16,601 nt of DNA from positions 1-16,601 of the forward strand of contig JAEOTX010000115.1 in assembly GCA_016839605.1 (NCBI GenBank), read 5' to 3'. The DNA is from Candidatus Thorarchaeota archaeon. Its GTDB lineage: Archaea > Asgardarchaeota > Thorarchaeia > Thorarchaeales > Thorarchaeaceae. Both the position numbers and the translations under genes were made by a program. Positions 14,801-16,601 of the stretch are shown one piece after another. Within the stretch, counting starts at the first letter, position 1. Each line of letters opens with the position of its first letter. The notes beneath the pieces were generated by a model. The model saw nothing but the letters and a program-made list of their open reading frames with translations. It did no database searches and was not told the origin of the DNA.

Positions 14801-15532
14801 TTGGAGTCTGTCGAGAGTCTACATCATGCGTCTGAACGTCGGGCGATGTATATCATTACGGATGCTGTTTTTGGGCTGGCTATTGGGCTTGCAGCGTTCA
14901 GCCTCACCGAGTACGAGATAAACGTGATTGAGGATGTATATTTCGCCATAGGATTCTTCTTTCTGACGTTCTTCTTCATCAGTCTCTTCTGGGTATGGAT
15001 TCGACGTTTCTTTGAAGATTATCCTGTGTATGGCGGCGCCATGGCAGGTATACTCTACATAATATGCTTCCTCGTGGCCATCATGCCTTTCATAATGCGG
15101 CTCTTCTTCTCTTCCATGTATGGAGGAGCCACAGAGGTCTCTGTCATTGCGCAGACATGGCTTTATCCCCTAGACATGGGCATCATAAGCATCCTAGTCT
15201 GTGGTCTGCATGTCCTGTTTCTCAAACAGGGACGAAATACAGTGCCTTGGCCAGAGTACAAACACATTGCCACAGATGGCTTCTCAGCACTTATCTTCGG
15301 AATAGGATTTCTCCTCTCTGCAGTAGCACCTATAGATCAGACACTGGGAGAGATTATTTCGTTCGCCATTCCAGACCCATTTGCAGGTATACCAGCTAAG
15401 TTTGGAGTCTGGTTTGTATTAATCATAATCGCGATTCCTGTCTATATAATCATTGAACTATATCTCAGAAGGATGGAACGTTCATACGAATATACTGTGG
15501 ACAAACCACAATTTGAGAGCCAATTAGAGTAG
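14801..15532 (+). CDS. TMEM175/DUF1211-family-like 6-TM channel protein (divergent)
   Basis: Helix 1 RAMYIITDAVFGLAIGL resembles RxxxFSDxVFAIAITL. Helix 2 FFLTFFFISLFW and helix 3 FLVAIMPF match the family pattern. TTG start with strong RBS. Confidence 0.72.
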   Translation: MESVESLHHASERRAMYIITDAVFGLAIGLAAFSLTEYEINVIEDVYFAIGFFFLTFFFISLFWVWIRRFFEDYPVYGGAMAGILYIICFLVAIMPFIMRLFFSSMYGGATEVSVIAQTWLYPLDMGIISILVCGLHVLFLKQGRNTVPWPEYKHIATDGFSALIFGIGFLLSAVAPIDQTLGEIISFAIPDPFAGIPAKFGVWFVLIIIAIPVYIIIELYLRRMERSYEYTVDKPQFESQLE

Positions 15533-15540
15533 CTAGCAAG

Positions 15541-16601
15541 TCATTCTCTATTCTGCCTTCCTCTTCTAAGAAAAAGAATTACTGCGGCAATCATGATAGT
15601 GATGGAAATGCCTCCAATTACCATGAGCGGCACCTGATCGCTATTGGTCGTTGTGGGCATTGGTGTACTTGTTTCCTCCTCCCTCTCGGATAGAAGGATT
15701 TGCACGGTTTCCTGTGGGCCAGAACCAAAATCGATGTCACCTGCTGGTGTTTCAGAAAACAGATAGCTGACGATGACGTGAGCTTCGTCAATCGATTCCC
15801 CAGCCACATTCAGGATTGCTTGGTTCTGGTTCTGTATCTGCTGAACATGCCAACCATGCAAATCTCGATATGCAACCGAAATCCCCGCAACACCATCTGA
15901 TGGCAGATTCAATTCAACGCTGAATCTGTCTGGCGGTAATGTGAGCTGGTACACCTTGGAACCGTAGCAATATAGTTCTAGATTGTCATCTTGAAAGGGG
16001 AGGGATTCAATGGTAGTGTAATCCTGGATTGTCGCATCCATGTCACGGAAACCATAACGCCCGTCCGCAAACCCCTGTTCATCAATAGTCAAAGCGGTCA
16101 TCCAGTCCAGATAAAGCTCATTGAAGGATATATTATGTCCTGCATCCTCGAGTGCAGTTTCCAGCCCCAGAGCTCCATCATCTTCGTGTTGAACTAGATT
16201 CCGAAGGAACTGTACGCCGTATTGCTCTGCTAGGTAGAACGCAAAGAGATAGCAAGTCCCATAGTCCTGAGCTTCAACCTCGAAGTAGATGAATGAGTCA
16301 TGTATGTCTTCGAGGAAAGGTAAAACTCGGACAGTCATATTGTCGTCAGGGAGATATCCTGCATAGTAGGTTGAATACTCCGCTAGTCCCTCGAGTACAA
16401 AATGCACCTCATCAAACTCATAGTTGAACCAGACCAGGTGGTGAAACTCATGGGTAATCGTTCGTATGGGATTGGCTGTACGGTAGCAGACATAGATCAT
16501 CTCGCAGAGGTTCGAGTGTTCCCCTGGACCCTCGTTTGTTTGACGGTAGTAGCTCTGGCGATGCTCGACTACCAGAATATAGATCCTCGGATCTCCATCT
16601 A
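15541..16601 (-). CDS. Membrane-anchored zincin metallopeptidase (M30-like); 5' end beyond the window
   Basis: The frame stays open upstream of 16500 to the edge (DGDPRIYILVV...SNLCEMIY). HEFHH (HExxH) plus downstream EGLAEY and DYGTCYLF; Thr/Pro linker, C-terminal TM and basic tail RRGRQNRE. Confidence 0.85.
   Translation of the reverse strand, partial: DGDPRIYILVVEHRQSYYRQTNEGPGEHSNLCEMIYVCYRTANPIRTITHEFHHLVWFNYEFDEVHFVLEGLAEYSTYYAGYLPDDNMTVRVLPFLEDIHDSFIYFEVEAQDYGTCYLFAFYLAEQYGVQFLRNLVQHEDDGALGLETALEDAGHNISFNELYLDWMTALTIDEQGFADGRYGFRDMDATIQDYTTIESLPFQDDNLELYCYGSKVYQLTLPPDRFSVELNLPSDGVAGISVAYRDLHGWHVQQIQNQNQAILNVAGESIDEAHVIVSYLFSETPAGDIDFGSGPQETVQILLSEREEETSTPMPTTTNSDQVPLMVIGGISITIMIAAVILFLRRGRQNRE

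Noticed and set aside
14787-14921. Out-of-frame ATG ORF overlapping the TMEM175-like start
   Set aside because: Its ATG overlaps the GGAGGT RBS that is properly spaced for TTG 14801, and the peptide has no features.
2518-15532. Stop-codon recoding (Sec/Pyl), given many TAG stops and a redoxin gene
   Set aside because: Proteins end at natural domain ends, the redoxin has ordinary CPAC, and no interrupted domain was seen.

Overview
A gene-dense archaeal-style chromosomal window (moderate GC, GGAGG/GGTG ribosome-binding sites, BRE/TATA-like promoters, frequent TTG/GTG starts) with 13 complete and 2 edge-truncated CDSs. No rRNA, tRNA, CRISPR array or mobile element was seen. Gene style suggests an Asgard archaeon, possibly Thorarchaeota; this is inference only. 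The left part encodes surface proteins: a 7-repeat FG-GAP/VCBS-like propeller and a coupled operon of membrane-anchored propeller, ECF S-component-like protein and CxxC redoxin. The two propeller units share a 20/24-identical promoter motif. The centre holds a convergent pair: a protein with an adaptin/coatomer appendage-like platform and a C-terminal winged HTH, and a single-pass glycan-binding receptor-like protein with a PCI-like cytoplasmic tail. The right part holds DUF1846, a TPR-like protein, a SAM methyltransferase, a PhnP-like MBL hydrolase, head-to-head paralogous TM-bPH-zinc-ribbon genes, a divergent TMEM175-like channel and a membrane-anchored HExxH peptidase. All family calls come from motif recognition by eye, not from database searches.
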